IMG/VR virus record: IMGVR_UViG_3300026521_000003
Location: 62,001-126,000 of that record
Direction: 5' to 3' (one strand)
DNA: 64,000 bases
Shown here: piece by piece, positions 9,422 through 19,426 of the stretch
How the letters are laid out: each line of letters opens with the position of its first letter
Position numbering within the stretch: position 1 is the stretch's first letter
The notes under the pieces: model-generated
Seen by the model: only the letters and a program-made list of their open reading frames with translations
What the model was told of the DNA's origin: nothing
Database searches by the model: none
Made by a program: the position numbers and the translations under genes

Positions 9422-11338
9422 ATGAGCACATTCGATGAAAATGGTAGAAGAGAAATAAATCGACTTAGAAATGTCGATGGGAATGGCGTTTTTGGAATTG
9501 CAAAAGTAATTGGTCGTGCTGATCATACTAATCAAGGTCGTATCAGAATTGATGTTGAGGCATTGAAAAGAAACGTTGAAGATTCAGAACAAGTACATAC
9601 TGATGCGAAAAATAAAGAGATAGAACGATATAAATGGGCTGAACTATTATCCCCAATAAGAGGTGAAGGTCATGGTGTATATTGTGTTCCAGAATATGGT
9701 GATTATGTATTTTATACATATATTAATAAATTATATATTATATTAGGCTCTATTAATAGTCCTAGTTTAAATTTTCCTGGAACTAATATTCCAGTTGAAG
9801 CTCAAAATATGCAAAATAACTCATTAGAATATAATTCATCCCATTGGCCTAATTTAACAACTCGAGGACTACATTTAGCAAAGCCAGTTTTAGGTGATGT
9901 TTTCCAACCTGCTTCTTTTTTACATAGATGGAGAAAAAATGACCATTTAATATATAATACAACAAAAATACATGATAAATGGGGATCAACAGCAAAATTA
10001 GTTGAACATAGGTCTGCCGAAAATAACTTTTTACAGATGGTAGATATAGGAAATCACAGTATTTCACCTGGTACAGCTGGAAGAAATCATAAAAAATATT
10101 CACCTGTTCGACAAACAGATTATAGAGATTTATGGGAAGGATTTAATATAAATAAAGAATTTTGGACTCAGAGAACTGATAAACCACCTTTATCACACGA
10201 GTCACAATATATTAAATTAGCAACAAATGGACATGATTATCATGAAGAACCACACCCTGATACTGGAGCTGATCTACCAGATAAAGTACGTGGAGAAATT
10301 CGGTTAGATGATAGAATGACTGATGGTACACATGAAACTTCAAAAACATATTGCCCAATTTATCAAACTTTAAAAGTGGCAAAAGGCGATGAACGATATG
10401 TGAATGATAAAATTCCAAAAGTGCCATGGATTGCTGGAGCACCATTTAGAAAAAAACTTAAAAAATGGATCGAAGATACTGGAGATAAATATGATCCAGA
10501 GAATCAGCATTTTAACGTTGGGCATTATTTAACTTTATCTAACACAATTTATAAACGAAGAGCAATGTTATCTACAAAAAAAGGACATCAATTAGTTATG
10601 TCTGATATTGATTTTGATGAAAAAGTTCTATTGAATTCATATAGAGGCAAACACATCTATATGGAAGATGGTTTACCCGATCTTTATGATGCTATGTGGT
10701 TTGCTTCACAAAAACACCATATGTTATTTGTCGATCACATGCAAACACCATATTTAATTGATGATATGGGGGAAGAAAGACATCGATTGTTGGATCCAAA
10801 TCAAATCGATTTTTCTTCATATCAGTTAATTCAAACTGAAGCATATCAAAAAATTTGGCTTGCTGATAGCCCATTATGTCCAAGGATTCATGCTCACACT
10901 ACTTCTGGTCATGAATTATTATTATTGGATCATGATCAAGGAACTATTGGACATATGCAAGCATCAAATAAAGGTAAGATACAATTAACTACAAATGATA
11001 AAATGATGCAAATCACTATGGATGTTGAAAATGGTGATATTACTATCCAGAATCACAATCTTGCAGGTAAAGGTGCTGGTGGTAAACCATTAACTGGGGA
11101 TATTAGTATCTATGCAGCAAATAATCTTTTATTACATGCTGATAATATGATTCAAATGAGAGCAAATTTAGGTTATGATATTCAATCATCAAGTGGTTCA
11201 TATAATGTAGTAGCATGCGGTATTTCACATTCTACACCTTGTGGAGCTCCAACTATACCAGAAGTAATAAGACCGTCAGTTTTAACAGATATTGATGTAA
11301 CAGAAGGTGCATTAATAAATAAATTTGATCCAAGTTAA
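9422..11338 (+). CDS. Baseplate central spike protein (gp5/VgrG-like OB fold)
   Basis: IAKVIGRADHTNQGRIRI...WAELLSP..G.GHGVYCVPEYGDYV is the gp5/gpV OB-fold signature. C-terminal GH.LL..D repeats follow. Confidence 0.75.
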   Translation: MSTFDENGRREINRLRNVDGNGVFGIAKVIGRADHTNQGRIRIDVEALKRNVEDSEQVHTDAKNKEIERYKWAELLSPIRGEGHGVYCVPEYGDYVFYTYINKLYIILGSINSPSLNFPGTNIPVEAQNMQNNSLEYNSSHWPNLTTRGLHLAKPVLGDVFQPASFLHRWRKNDHLIYNTTKIHDKWGSTAKLVEHRSAENNFLQMVDIGNHSISPGTAGRNHKKYSPVRQTDYRDLWEGFNINKEFWTQRTDKPPLSHESQYIKLATNGHDYHEEPHPDTGADLPDKVRGEIRLDDRMTDGTHETSKTYCPIYQTLKVAKGDERYVNDKIPKVPWIAGAPFRKKLKKWIEDTGDKYDPENQHFNVGHYLTLSNTIYKRRAMLSTKKGHQLVMSDIDFDEKVLLNSYRGKHIYMEDGLPDLYDAMWFASQKHHMLFVDHMQTPYLIDDMGEERHRLLDPNQIDFSSYQLIQTEAYQKIWLADSPLCPRIHAHTTSGHELLLLDHDQGTIGHMQASNKGKIQLTTNDKMMQITMDVENGDITIQNHNLAGKGAGGKPLTGDISIYAANNLLLHADNMIQMRANLGYDIQSSSGSYNVVACGISHSTPCGAPTIPEVIRPSVLTDIDVTEGALINKFDPS

Positions 11339-11352
11339 GAAAGGAGTTAAAA

Positions 11353-11775
11353 ATGGCTGCAAATCCAATCGATATGAGTCCAGCACCACCACAAGCTAAT
11401 AATAATCATAGAATTATTCAATTACCACAGGATTTTGGTGATGGTGGCGGACAAAGAACACAAATCATTACTATGCAAGGACATGAAATAATTATGCTAG
11501 ATACTCCAAGTGGTATGAGTAAAATTCAAATAACTACGAGTGATGGTTCACAACAATTAATCTTAGATGAAATGAATAAAACATTTTATATTGGTGTTGC
11601 TGATGCAGATACAAAAATAGTAATTGAAAGTGATGCTAAAATTGAAATACGTTCTAGACAAGATATTTTTGTAGATGCACCAAATATAAACTTTAATTGT
11701 GAAGACTTTGATGTTCAAAAAGACCAACAACCTTCACACCCACCAACAACACCAAAAGATATGGGCTATGAATAA
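11353..11775 (+). CDS. Spike C-terminal (beta-helix)-like protein, gp5-related (140 aa)
   Basis: QGHEIIMLDTPSGMSKIQITTSDG resembles the gp5/VgrG GH..e.DDtpg.erI motif; AAGGAG RBS. Confidence 0.55.
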   Translation: MAANPIDMSPAPPQANNNHRIIQLPQDFGDGGGQRTQIITMQGHEIIMLDTPSGMSKIQITTSDGSQQLILDEMNKTFYIGVADADTKIVIESDAKIEIRSRQDIFVDAPNINFNCEDFDVQKDQQPSHPPTTPKDMGYE

Positions 11776-12637
11776 TTTAGAAATTTTAATTACTCAATTA
11801 TTAGAAAATGATGAATTTGCTATGATACCATTTAATAAAAATATTAATAATGAACTAAAATTTTATTTTGATTTTTTTATTAATTTAAAAACAGATTTAT
11901 TATTACGTAATTTATTAAAATATCAAAATCATAATAATTTTGATAAAGCTTTAAAAATAATAATCCATTATAAAGATAAAGTTACAGATAATAATATTAT
12001 ATTAGATTTTAAAACTTTTTTAATAATTAAAGATATATTTACAAAAAATAAACAATTTGAATATGAGTGCACTTTCTATAAAGAAATAACCAATCAAGTA
12101 CTAAATAATAAAATATTATCTATTGACGATAAGTTATTAACTTTTATATATGATAACGATATTGATAGATATATAGATTTAACATTAAAATTAAATATAG
12201 ATAATGCTATAAACAAAATTTTTGAAAAAGATAATTATAAAATATTTGATTGGTTAAATAAACATCCTAATAAATTTCTCGAATTAAAAAAATTAAACCA
12301 ACCCTATTTTATTCTTACCAACATGAATACTAGATTAGATATAAATGATGAAACATTAAAATATTTCTTTGAAGTTGCTCCAACCGACTTATCTTTATAT
12401 AAAAATTTACGCCAAAATTTATCATTAGAAATCATATACAAATATAGCAAAAATAAAGTTTCAGATGAATTTATTTTTGAACTTGTTGAAACTTTCGATG
12501 ATATAATTTTTATTTTAAACTTAAATAATTTAAAACTAAATACTCTAAATTCCTTTATGAATAAGATTAAAAATGATTTCCCATACATTTATACCAATCT
12601 CAATTCTTTATTACTTATGAAAAAGGAAATTCTCTAA
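11768..12637 (+). CDS. Hypothetical protein (about 289 aa)
   Basis: Start moved to ATG 11768, which overlaps the upstream stop. Asn/Lys/Ile-rich helical protein; no motif. Confidence 0.6.
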   Translation: MNNLEILITQLLENDEFAMIPFNKNINNELKFYFDFFINLKTDLLLRNLLKYQNHNNFDKALKIIIHYKDKVTDNNIILDFKTFLIIKDIFTKNKQFEYECTFYKEITNQVLNNKILSIDDKLLTFIYDNDIDRYIDLTLKLNIDNAINKIFEKDNYKIFDWLNKHPNKFLELKKLNQPYFILTNMNTRLDINDETLKYFFEVAPTDLSLYKNLRQNLSLEIIYKYSKNKVSDEFIFELVETFDDIIFILNLNNLKLNTLNSFMNKIKNDFPYIYTNLNSLLLMKKEIL

Positions 12638-12675
12638 TAAATAAATAAAAAATATATTAGAGATGGAGAAATGAT

Positions 12676-15600
12676 ATGGGTTTAATCGTTAAACACGCAG
12701 ATGGGAGCGAATTCCTTAATATTGCGAATAAAACATATGATGATGTATCAACAAGTTTAAAATTGCCAGGTAAAGGTGTTTTAAACTGGGGTGAGGCATA
12801 TGTAAACAATTTTGTACACTTACTAGAAAATTTTGCTAGTTCAATTGAACCACAAAACCCACAAGTTGGTCAAATATGGTATAATACTGGTTCAGGTGTT
12901 TTATCAGTTTATACAATAGGACAAGAATGGGAAATAATTAATAAAGATACAGATATTGAAGCTAAATTTGATGCTTTAGTTACTGAATTACAAGAAAGTA
13001 ATGCAGGGACTATACCACCAACAGATGTGTCTATTGGTACTACTTGGTTTGATACAAATGTAAATGTATTAAAAGTTTTTAATGGTACTGAATGGGTTTC
13101 ATTTGGTTTTAATTCAATAGCATCTTTTATTCAACCTAGTGATAGTGAAGCATCAGATTTATGGTATGATAAGAATATTAATAATCTTAAAGTTTATGAT
13201 GGTTCACAATTCCAAAGATTAATCTCAACTATTGAAAGTACGAATCAACCAACTAATTCGCCGGTTGGTCAATTTTGGACAAATACCACAACAGGTCAAA
13301 TATTTATATATAAACAAGAACCATCTACTGGTGAATATTATTGGCAAGAATTAGGTGCAGAAATTGTTACTGAAGGTGATATTTTACCAACTATTGCTAA
13401 AACTGGTGCATTACATATAACCCGTACAACTTTTTCAAATATCCTATATATTAATAAAGGTACTAAAACTTCACCTGTATGGGTTGAAATTCCAGAATTT
13501 GGTGGTGCTATAAAATCTGTAAATGAACCAGTTGATGCTAAAGATGGTATGTTTTGGTTAGATGGTAATGATGTATTAAAAATTAGAAAATCTGGAGTAT
13601 GGACTGATATTGATCAGACAGCAATTTCATATATTTCTGAAACAATGCCAACTGATGCTAAAGATGGTATGGTATGGTTTGACACTTCAACTGGCTCTAT
13701 GAAAATTAAAGTTGGTAGTAATTGGGAAGCTGTACAAGATACAGGTTTAATTGAATACGGTGTAGCGCCAATTTCACCAAAAGAAGGACAATTATGGTTC
13801 GACAATACAAGATCCGAACTAAAGATTTTTAATGGTACTTCGTGGACGGTTGTTAATAATTCAAGCACTATTGTAAGTTACCAAACACCATTGGATGCTA
13901 CTGCCGGGCAATTATGGTTAGATACTACAAGTTCAGAATTAAAAGTTATGAAAGATGGGAGATGGGCATCTTTACCAGAAAATGCTAGAGCACACTTAAC
14001 AATTCCTGCTAGTCCTAAAAATGGTGACATGGCTTATGTTAATAATGCATTAAAAATCTATGATGGTTCTGATTGGAAAGATATTAATATAAATATTGAT
14101 AATAGTACAACAGGTGATGATGTATCAATTAATTATGATGAAATCTCACATGAAATAGTTATAGTTTCAGATGGTATTACAACAAGAGTACCTCTAGCAG
14201 TTAGTAGAGATGTTATTGTTGAAAATGTTGGTATAACATCTGATGTTGTTGAAGTTATACATCCAGATATAAGTGAAGGTGAAAGAAGAATTATTGATAT
14301 TCAAAAAGTTAATCTAAATAGATCATTTTTTGTTTTTAGAAATGGTAGATTTACAGATGATTATTATACAGATTCTCAAGATTTAATTCTTAATAGTGCT
14401 GCGGGTGATGATGAAATTGATATTTTACAATTTAATGGTGATATTTCTATAAATTATTTAGTTAAAAAATTCAAATCAACTATTAATGGTAATTTTACTA
14501 TTGATAACTATACTAGAACATTAGAAGAGCAAGAAGAATATGATATTGTTAAAGCCGAATATGATGCTAAGTTAGTTGAATTAATAGCACAGTATGGTGA
14601 TAATAGTTCTGAAAGTGACTTAACTGATGCTGATTGGGCTATATTGGATGAAATTGAAAGTAGATTCCCTATTAAAACATCAAATCAAATAGCAGATTTA
14701 TCTTTAGGATCTATTATAGTATTTAAAGAAGGTATTTTTATACCTACAGACGATTTAACAATCAATGAATCAAATGAAAATAAGATTATTATACCTAATA
14801 CTAATGCAGGGGAAATTTATACAATCATACAGTTAATTGCTGGTAATGATTATAAATCATCATTCTTCAGTCGAGAAAACTCTTTTACTATTGGAGCAGT
14901 TGAAGATACAACAGAATCAACTCTAAATGTTGCGGGTAAAATGATGACAGATATGCTTCAAGCTGCTTCAAAAAATACTGCTGGATATGGTGAAGTTGAT
15001 GTCGATTATATTTTTAATGATACTGAAAAAACTGTTACTTTTAGTTTAATGGATATTGATGCAGATTATCATTTCTTCGTAACAAGAAATAATCTGTTTG
15101 TTTCTCCAGTAAATTATACAGTCAATACAACTAATAATACATTAACAATGCATGCTAATTCTTTAGATGAAATACGATTTTTTCAATTCTACTTACCACA
15201 TAATTATGTTCCTATTGAATTTAATTATAAAGAGGCTTTAGCTGCAAATGAAGGTTGGATAACAATAGAGTTAAATCAAGATTTTGACTTAAATAGCCCT
15301 TTATTAGTATATAGAAATGGTATGTTACAAGAATCAGCAAACATAAATATTATTACTCAAGAAACACTTGTCGATGATAATGGTATTACATATACTGTTG
15401 ATGGATTAAGAAAAGTACAAATTTTTGGAGATGCAGAAACAAACGATGAATCTATATCTGGAGTACAAATAGGTGATATAGTAACTGTTATGCAAGTTTC
15501 ACAACCAGAATTCTATAATATTTATTTAGAAGAATTTGGTGCTACAGTTGATGGGTTTAATATTTTTACGTTCAATGAAATAGATAGTCAAAAAGATATT

Positions 15601-16671
15601 TTAGTATATAGAAATGGTATGAAACTAGACGATACTAATTTCTATATCAATGATGACGGTAAATTAGTAGTTTCAGATTGTAATGGCCCAACAATCGATG
15701 AACTTGCTATTAATCCTAATGCTAAAGGGGATATTATTATAGTTTATCAATTCTTTACTAAAGATGTAATAGCTGAAGATGATTTAACATATACTAAAGA
15801 AATAATTACAGCAACAACAGACGGCTATGAATATTTCCAATTACAAAATACCGAATTTGTAGCAGATGAATTCCTTTTAGTATTTAAAAATGGTCAATTA
15901 ATTACAAGAAAACAGCCTGAATCCGAAGATACTAATCAAACTCAAATAAATACATATAAAGTATTTGCTGAAAGAGTTTATAACAATACAGTACCGGCAT
16001 TAGATATTAATGGTGATCCAATTTATGATAGTGAAGGTAATCCAGTATTAAATGTTGATCCAGAAGATTATACAGATATTATGGCATTTAGCTTAGATAA
16101 TGTTGTAGCAGGTGAAGAGATAGTAATATATGAATTCAACAAAAAAGTTACTAATGTAAATAATTTATCTAGTGAAAATCATTATGAAATTCTTCCTAAA
16201 AATAATATTCAAAGAATTTATACGTCTAAGTTTGACCAATTATCGAACCTAACAATGGTATTTCAAGATGGTTTAATTATCGATAGAAAAGTAGATAGTA
16301 ACGGTAATGACAATGTTAGAATTGATGGAATGTTTAGAATATTAGATCAATATGCCGTAGATAATATTACAAAATCAATAATTGTTAATGATTGGAAAGT
16401 TGGTGGTAAGTTGAGAATCCAACAATTTACAGCACAATCAACTGATATAAAAACAATCACATTAAGTGTAACAATTTTAGCAGATGGAACATATGATGTA
16501 TTTTTACCGAATAATGAAACATATACTCCTAATGCTGGAGCAATTGAAGTTTATGTTGATAGACAAATTCAATGGACTGGTGAGGACTATCAAGAAGTTG
16601 CTAACAATAGAATAATGTTTACTAGACAACTTATGAAAGATCAAGTTGTAAAAATGATCATAAGAAAATAG
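12676..16671 (+). CDS. Large modular tail fibre/baseplate-attached virion protein (1331 aa)
   Basis: N-terminal GKG..NWGE..NNFVHLLENFA..P.NPQVGQIWYNT domain, about 8 P..GQ.W.DT...LK...G..W repeats, then about 8 (L/I)VxRNG beta-sandwich repeats. Confidence 0.7.
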   Translation: MGLIVKHADGSEFLNIANKTYDDVSTSLKLPGKGVLNWGEAYVNNFVHLLENFASSIEPQNPQVGQIWYNTGSGVLSVYTIGQEWEIINKDTDIEAKFDALVTELQESNAGTIPPTDVSIGTTWFDTNVNVLKVFNGTEWVSFGFNSIASFIQPSDSEASDLWYDKNINNLKVYDGSQFQRLISTIESTNQPTNSPVGQFWTNTTTGQIFIYKQEPSTGEYYWQELGAEIVTEGDILPTIAKTGALHITRTTFSNILYINKGTKTSPVWVEIPEFGGAIKSVNEPVDAKDGMFWLDGNDVLKIRKSGVWTDIDQTAISYISETMPTDAKDGMVWFDTSTGSMKIKVGSNWEAVQDTGLIEYGVAPISPKEGQLWFDNTRSELKIFNGTSWTVVNNSSTIVSYQTPLDATAGQLWLDTTSSELKVMKDGRWASLPENARAHLTIPASPKNGDMAYVNNALKIYDGSDWKDININIDNSTTGDDVSINYDEISHEIVIVSDGITTRVPLAVSRDVIVENVGITSDVVEVIHPDISEGERRIIDIQKVNLNRSFFVFRNGRFTDDYYTDSQDLILNSAAGDDEIDILQFNGDISINYLVKKFKSTINGNFTIDNYTRTLEEQEEYDIVKAEYDAKLVELIAQYGDNSSESDLTDADWAILDEIESRFPIKTSNQIADLSLGSIIVFKEGIFIPTDDLTINESNENKIIIPNTNAGEIYTIIQLIAGNDYKSSFFSRENSFTIGAVEDTTESTLNVAGKMMTDMLQAASKNTAGYGEVDVDYIFNDTEKTVTFSLMDIDADYHFFVTRNNLFVSPVNYTVNTTNNTLTMHANSLDEIRFFQFYLPHNYVPIEFNYKEALAANEGWITIELNQDFDLNSPLLVYRNGMLQESANINIITQETLVDDNGITYTVDGLRKVQIFGDAETNDESISGVQIGDIVTVMQVSQPEFYNIYLEEFGATVDGFNIFTFNEIDSQKDILVYRNGMKLDDTNFYINDDGKLVVSDCNGPTIDELAINPNAKGDIIIVYQFFTKDVIAEDDLTYTKEIITATTDGYEYFQLQNTEFVADEFLLVFKNGQLITRKQPESEDTNQTQINTYKVFAERVYNNTVPALDINGDPIYDSEGNPVLNVDPEDYTDIMAFSLDNVVAGEEIVIYEFNKKVTNVNNLSSENHYEILPKNNIQRIYTSKFDQLSNLTMVFQDGLIIDRKVDSNGNDNVRIDGMFRILDQYAVDNITKSIIVNDWKVGGKLRIQQFTAQSTDIKTITLSVTILADGTYDVFLPNNETYTPNAGAIEVYVDRQIQWTGEDYQEVANNRIMFTRQLMKDQVVKMIIRK

Positions 16672-16684
16672 CTTTTTCTTATCA

Positions 16685-16714
16685 CTCCTTTGTATAAATA
16701 ATTATATAAAGGAG
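16685..16714 (+). promoter_or_regulatory. Late promoter TATAAATA (16693-16700) inside a 13-bp hairpin that sequesters the AAGGAG RBS of the next gene
   Basis: CTCCTTTGTATAA (16685-16697) pairs with TTATATAAAGGAG (16702-16714), with one G-U pair. Confidence 0.7.
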
Positions 16715-16724
16715 GATTTATTAC

Positions 16725-17381
16725 ATGAGTAAATATTTTAATAACACAGAGTCATTATCTACTTCCATTTCAGACATTTCAGAAGAAAATAATTCGATTA
16801 TACCCACGCATATACAACAAATAGATAATGATGGAAAGGCCAATCTTCAATCAAAATTAAATAATTCACTTGATGATGAAATAAAAAAAGTTGCATCTCA
16901 ATCTGCAATTATAGATGATAGTATGGACGAACTTAAAAAGGTTACAGACTCATATGCTGAAATCGAAAATGCTTTAAAAAAATTTAAACCCTTAGAGTTA
17001 TTTGAACGCTTAAATCAAATAACGTTTTTAATGATTGAAATGAGAAACAGATTGGATGCTATTGAGAATCATTTAAGACTCGATGAAGAAAAACCTCTAA
17101 AATCACCGATTGAACAATTTAATGAGACTTCTAATAATGACGATCTTATGGATCCAAAAGTTGCTAAAGAACAATTAAACAGCATACAAAAAGGGAATAT
17201 CCCAACTATACCTAATGAGAATTATATTGAGAATGGTGTAAATTTAGAAGAAATGTTTCCTGGTAAACCAGATGAAGCATATCAAGCAGCATATAAAAGT
17301 TTAGCTGAAAATCAAGATAAATTAAATACTCAAACTGTCTCAAAATCTCCAAAAGGAGGAATTCAAGGCATTAGATTTTAA
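16725..17381 (+). CDS. Hypothetical coiled-coil protein (218 aa)
   Basis: Strong AAGGAGG RBS and own late promoter; no family recognised. Confidence 0.75.
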   Translation: MSKYFNNTESLSTSISDISEENNSIIPTHIQQIDNDGKANLQSKLNNSLDDEIKKVASQSAIIDDSMDELKKVTDSYAEIENALKKFKPLELFERLNQITFLMIEMRNRLDAIENHLRLDEEKPLKSPIEQFNETSNNDDLMDPKVAKEQLNSIQKGNIPTIPNENYIENGVNLEEMFPGKPDEAYQAAYKSLAENQDKLNTQTVSKSPKGGIQGIRF

Positions 17382-17383
17382 AT

Positions 17384-18025
17384 TTACCACCCTTGAATAG
17401 TTTGGGAACCATCATCACCCCAAGTTTTAGTCCATAATCCAGATGCAGAATTGTAACTCCAACCTGTTGGGTCTGGTGTTACTAATTTTTCCTTTTGTGA
17501 AAAACTTTCAGTACCACGAAATGACATAGGAAATATCATAATTTTATGACTGTCTAGATACGACTTCATTGTTTCTTCTATTTCATAATTAAGGGTTACT
17601 AAATAATCTATTTTTTTTAAAAAGTCTTCCTTTTTATTTAAACTAGGATAAATGGATTTAATATTTAATTTTTCTTGTTTTAATTTTTTTATATCATTAA
17701 ATTCTTCTCTAGTTGTTACATAATGAAAATCTCTAGAAGGAAATAACGGTGTCATATATTCTAATAAACGTTTATTATATGGTAAAAAAGCAAATTGGTC
17801 AGATATAGGACTATTAAATAAAACTGTTAATGTGCGTTCTATTTCTCGTTTTAATGCATATATCATATCATCTGATAATTCTAAATCATCATTAGCAATA
17901 ACCCCAATATTTAAATTATTAACTTGAACAGATTTCTTTGCAGGATTTACATCTTTATTTTTTTCTATATTTAAATTATTATCAGATCTACTAGTTATTT
18001 TGTATATTAAATCTTTATAGTTCAT
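17384..18025 (-). CDS. Hypothetical late protein (213 aa)
   Basis: AAGG RBS; TATAAATA at 18052-18045 upstream. Confidence 0.7.
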   Translation of the reverse strand: MNYKDLIYKITSRSDNNLNIEKNKDVNPAKKSVQVNNLNIGVIANDDLELSDDMIYALKREIERTLTVLFNSPISDQFAFLPYNKRLLEYMTPLFPSRDFHYVTTREEFNDIKKLKQEKLNIKSIYPSLNKKEDFLKKIDYLVTLNYEIEETMKSYLDSHKIMIFPMSFRGTESFSQKEKLVTPDPTGWSYNSASGLWTKTWGDDGSQTIQGW

Positions 18026-18044
18026 ATAGTAATCCTTTTTTCTT

Positions 18045-18052
18045 TATTTATA
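18045..18052 (-). promoter_or_regulatory. T4-type late promoter TATAAATA
   Basis: Exact consensus about 20 bp upstream of the start at 18025. Confidence 0.55.
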
Positions 18053-18126
18053 CTTTATTAATCTTTTTTTATAAAATATTTATTTTGTTGAATAAATAAG
18101 ATTAAATTAAATAGGAGTTTCGACAT

Positions 18127-18828
18127 ATGCAACTTAAAGAACTAAAAGCTATATATGAAGCTAGAGACCAAAATGAAAATAGACTCTTTAAATATTGTTC
18201 ATTTGAATGGATTTTAGATTTACTAAAAGATGGTCAAGTATATTCATATGATAAATCATTAAGAGATCAAAGAAAAGGTATTGTTGATGGTAAAAATTGG
18301 ATAGCATTAACAACTAAACGTAGTTCAACAATTAACCAATATTTAGAAGAATATGGAACTATTGAAGTAACATTTGATAAAGAGTTATTAAAAAAAAGTA
18401 ATGAAATATTTACAGTTAGATATTCTACTGAATGGTTAGATAAAAGACCAAGCATTTTATCATTTATAACAAAAGGTAAATATAAAAGTTCTAAAGATTA
18501 TTTTAGGGAAAATTATAAAAATATAAACTGGAATAATACCGATAATTTTTCATTAAAATTCTTTGACGATTATATGGATAATGGTGTACTGGATATTGAT
18601 TTAATTTTATCTGAAATGTCTGTTGCAGAAATTGAGGATTATATATATGATACCAATTATATACCTTTTGAGAATTATATAAATTCTTTAGGTACTGAGG
18701 ATGAATTAGTTATTGTAGACTCACCTTTAACCTTAGTTAATGATGCAATTTTACAAATTGTTGTTCCAAGACGTTATAAAGAAAAAATAAAAGAATACGA
18801 AATAGAATATAAAATACGGTATGAATAA
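18127..18828 (+). CDS. Hypothetical protein with possible ADP-ribosyltransferase-like fold (233 aa)
   Basis: RLFKY..FEWILDLLKDG, WIALTT, YGTIEVTFD and TEDELV follow the ART strand order. The N-terminal IYEA resembles a prohead-protease site. Confidence 0.35.
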   Translation: MQLKELKAIYEARDQNENRLFKYCSFEWILDLLKDGQVYSYDKSLRDQRKGIVDGKNWIALTTKRSSTINQYLEEYGTIEVTFDKELLKKSNEIFTVRYSTEWLDKRPSILSFITKGKYKSSKDYFRENYKNINWNNTDNFSLKFFDDYMDNGVLDIDLILSEMSVAEIEDYIYDTNYIPFENYINSLGTEDELVIVDSPLTLVNDAILQIVVPRRYKEKIKEYEIEYKIRYE

Positions 18829-18832
18829 TTTT

Positions 18833-19387
18833 TTAAACTACAGCTGATTTAACACTTGAAAAATAATCAGTTGTATTTTCATTTGATGCTGTTACTGCAG
18901 CACTAGTTAAAATGTTTGTACCACTATCTGTAGCATTTTGTCCTGTTGTTGCAGAAACAACTCCTGCTCCAAGTGATGAACTTATTATAGCTTGACCACT
19001 TGAATCTGGCTCCATTCCAAGTGCACCACCAATAGCATTTGTTGTTGCCCCTATTCCATCACCTAATGTTGATGAAATAGTTCCTATACCTTTATCTAAT
19101 CCCGATCCTATAAAATTTCCTGTTTCCGATATTGAAGGTCCAGCTAGAGACATACCCAAATCAGCAACAGCATTTAATAAGGCGTTGTTACCAGACCCAC
19201 AAGGATCATTATTAGCGTCTCCAGAACCTTGTCCACCGCCAGCACCACTAGGACAAGGTTCTGAACCTAAAAGATTACTCATAGCAGAATCAGCAGTATT
19301 ACCTAATATTCCGGTTATAGCTGAACTTGTCCCGCTTGTTAATGATACTGATGCTAAGGGGGATAAAACGTTGTCCAGATCAAACAT
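18833..19387 (-). CDS. Gly/Ser/Ala-rich hypothetical protein (184 aa)
   Basis: AAGG RBS; low-complexity glycine-rich composition like tail-associated proteins. Confidence 0.6.
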   Translation of the reverse strand: MFDLDNVLSPLASVSLTSGTSSAITGILGNTADSAMSNLLGSEPCPSGAGGGQGSGDANNDPCGSGNNALLNAVADLGMSLAGPSISETGNFIGSGLDKGIGTISSTLGDGIGATTNAIGGALGMEPDSSGQAIISSSLGAGVVSATTGQNATDSGTNILTSAAVTASNENTTDYFSSVKSAVV

Positions 19388-19426
19388 AATTATTCCTTTT
19401 TATATTTATTTATTAAAAATCTAATT

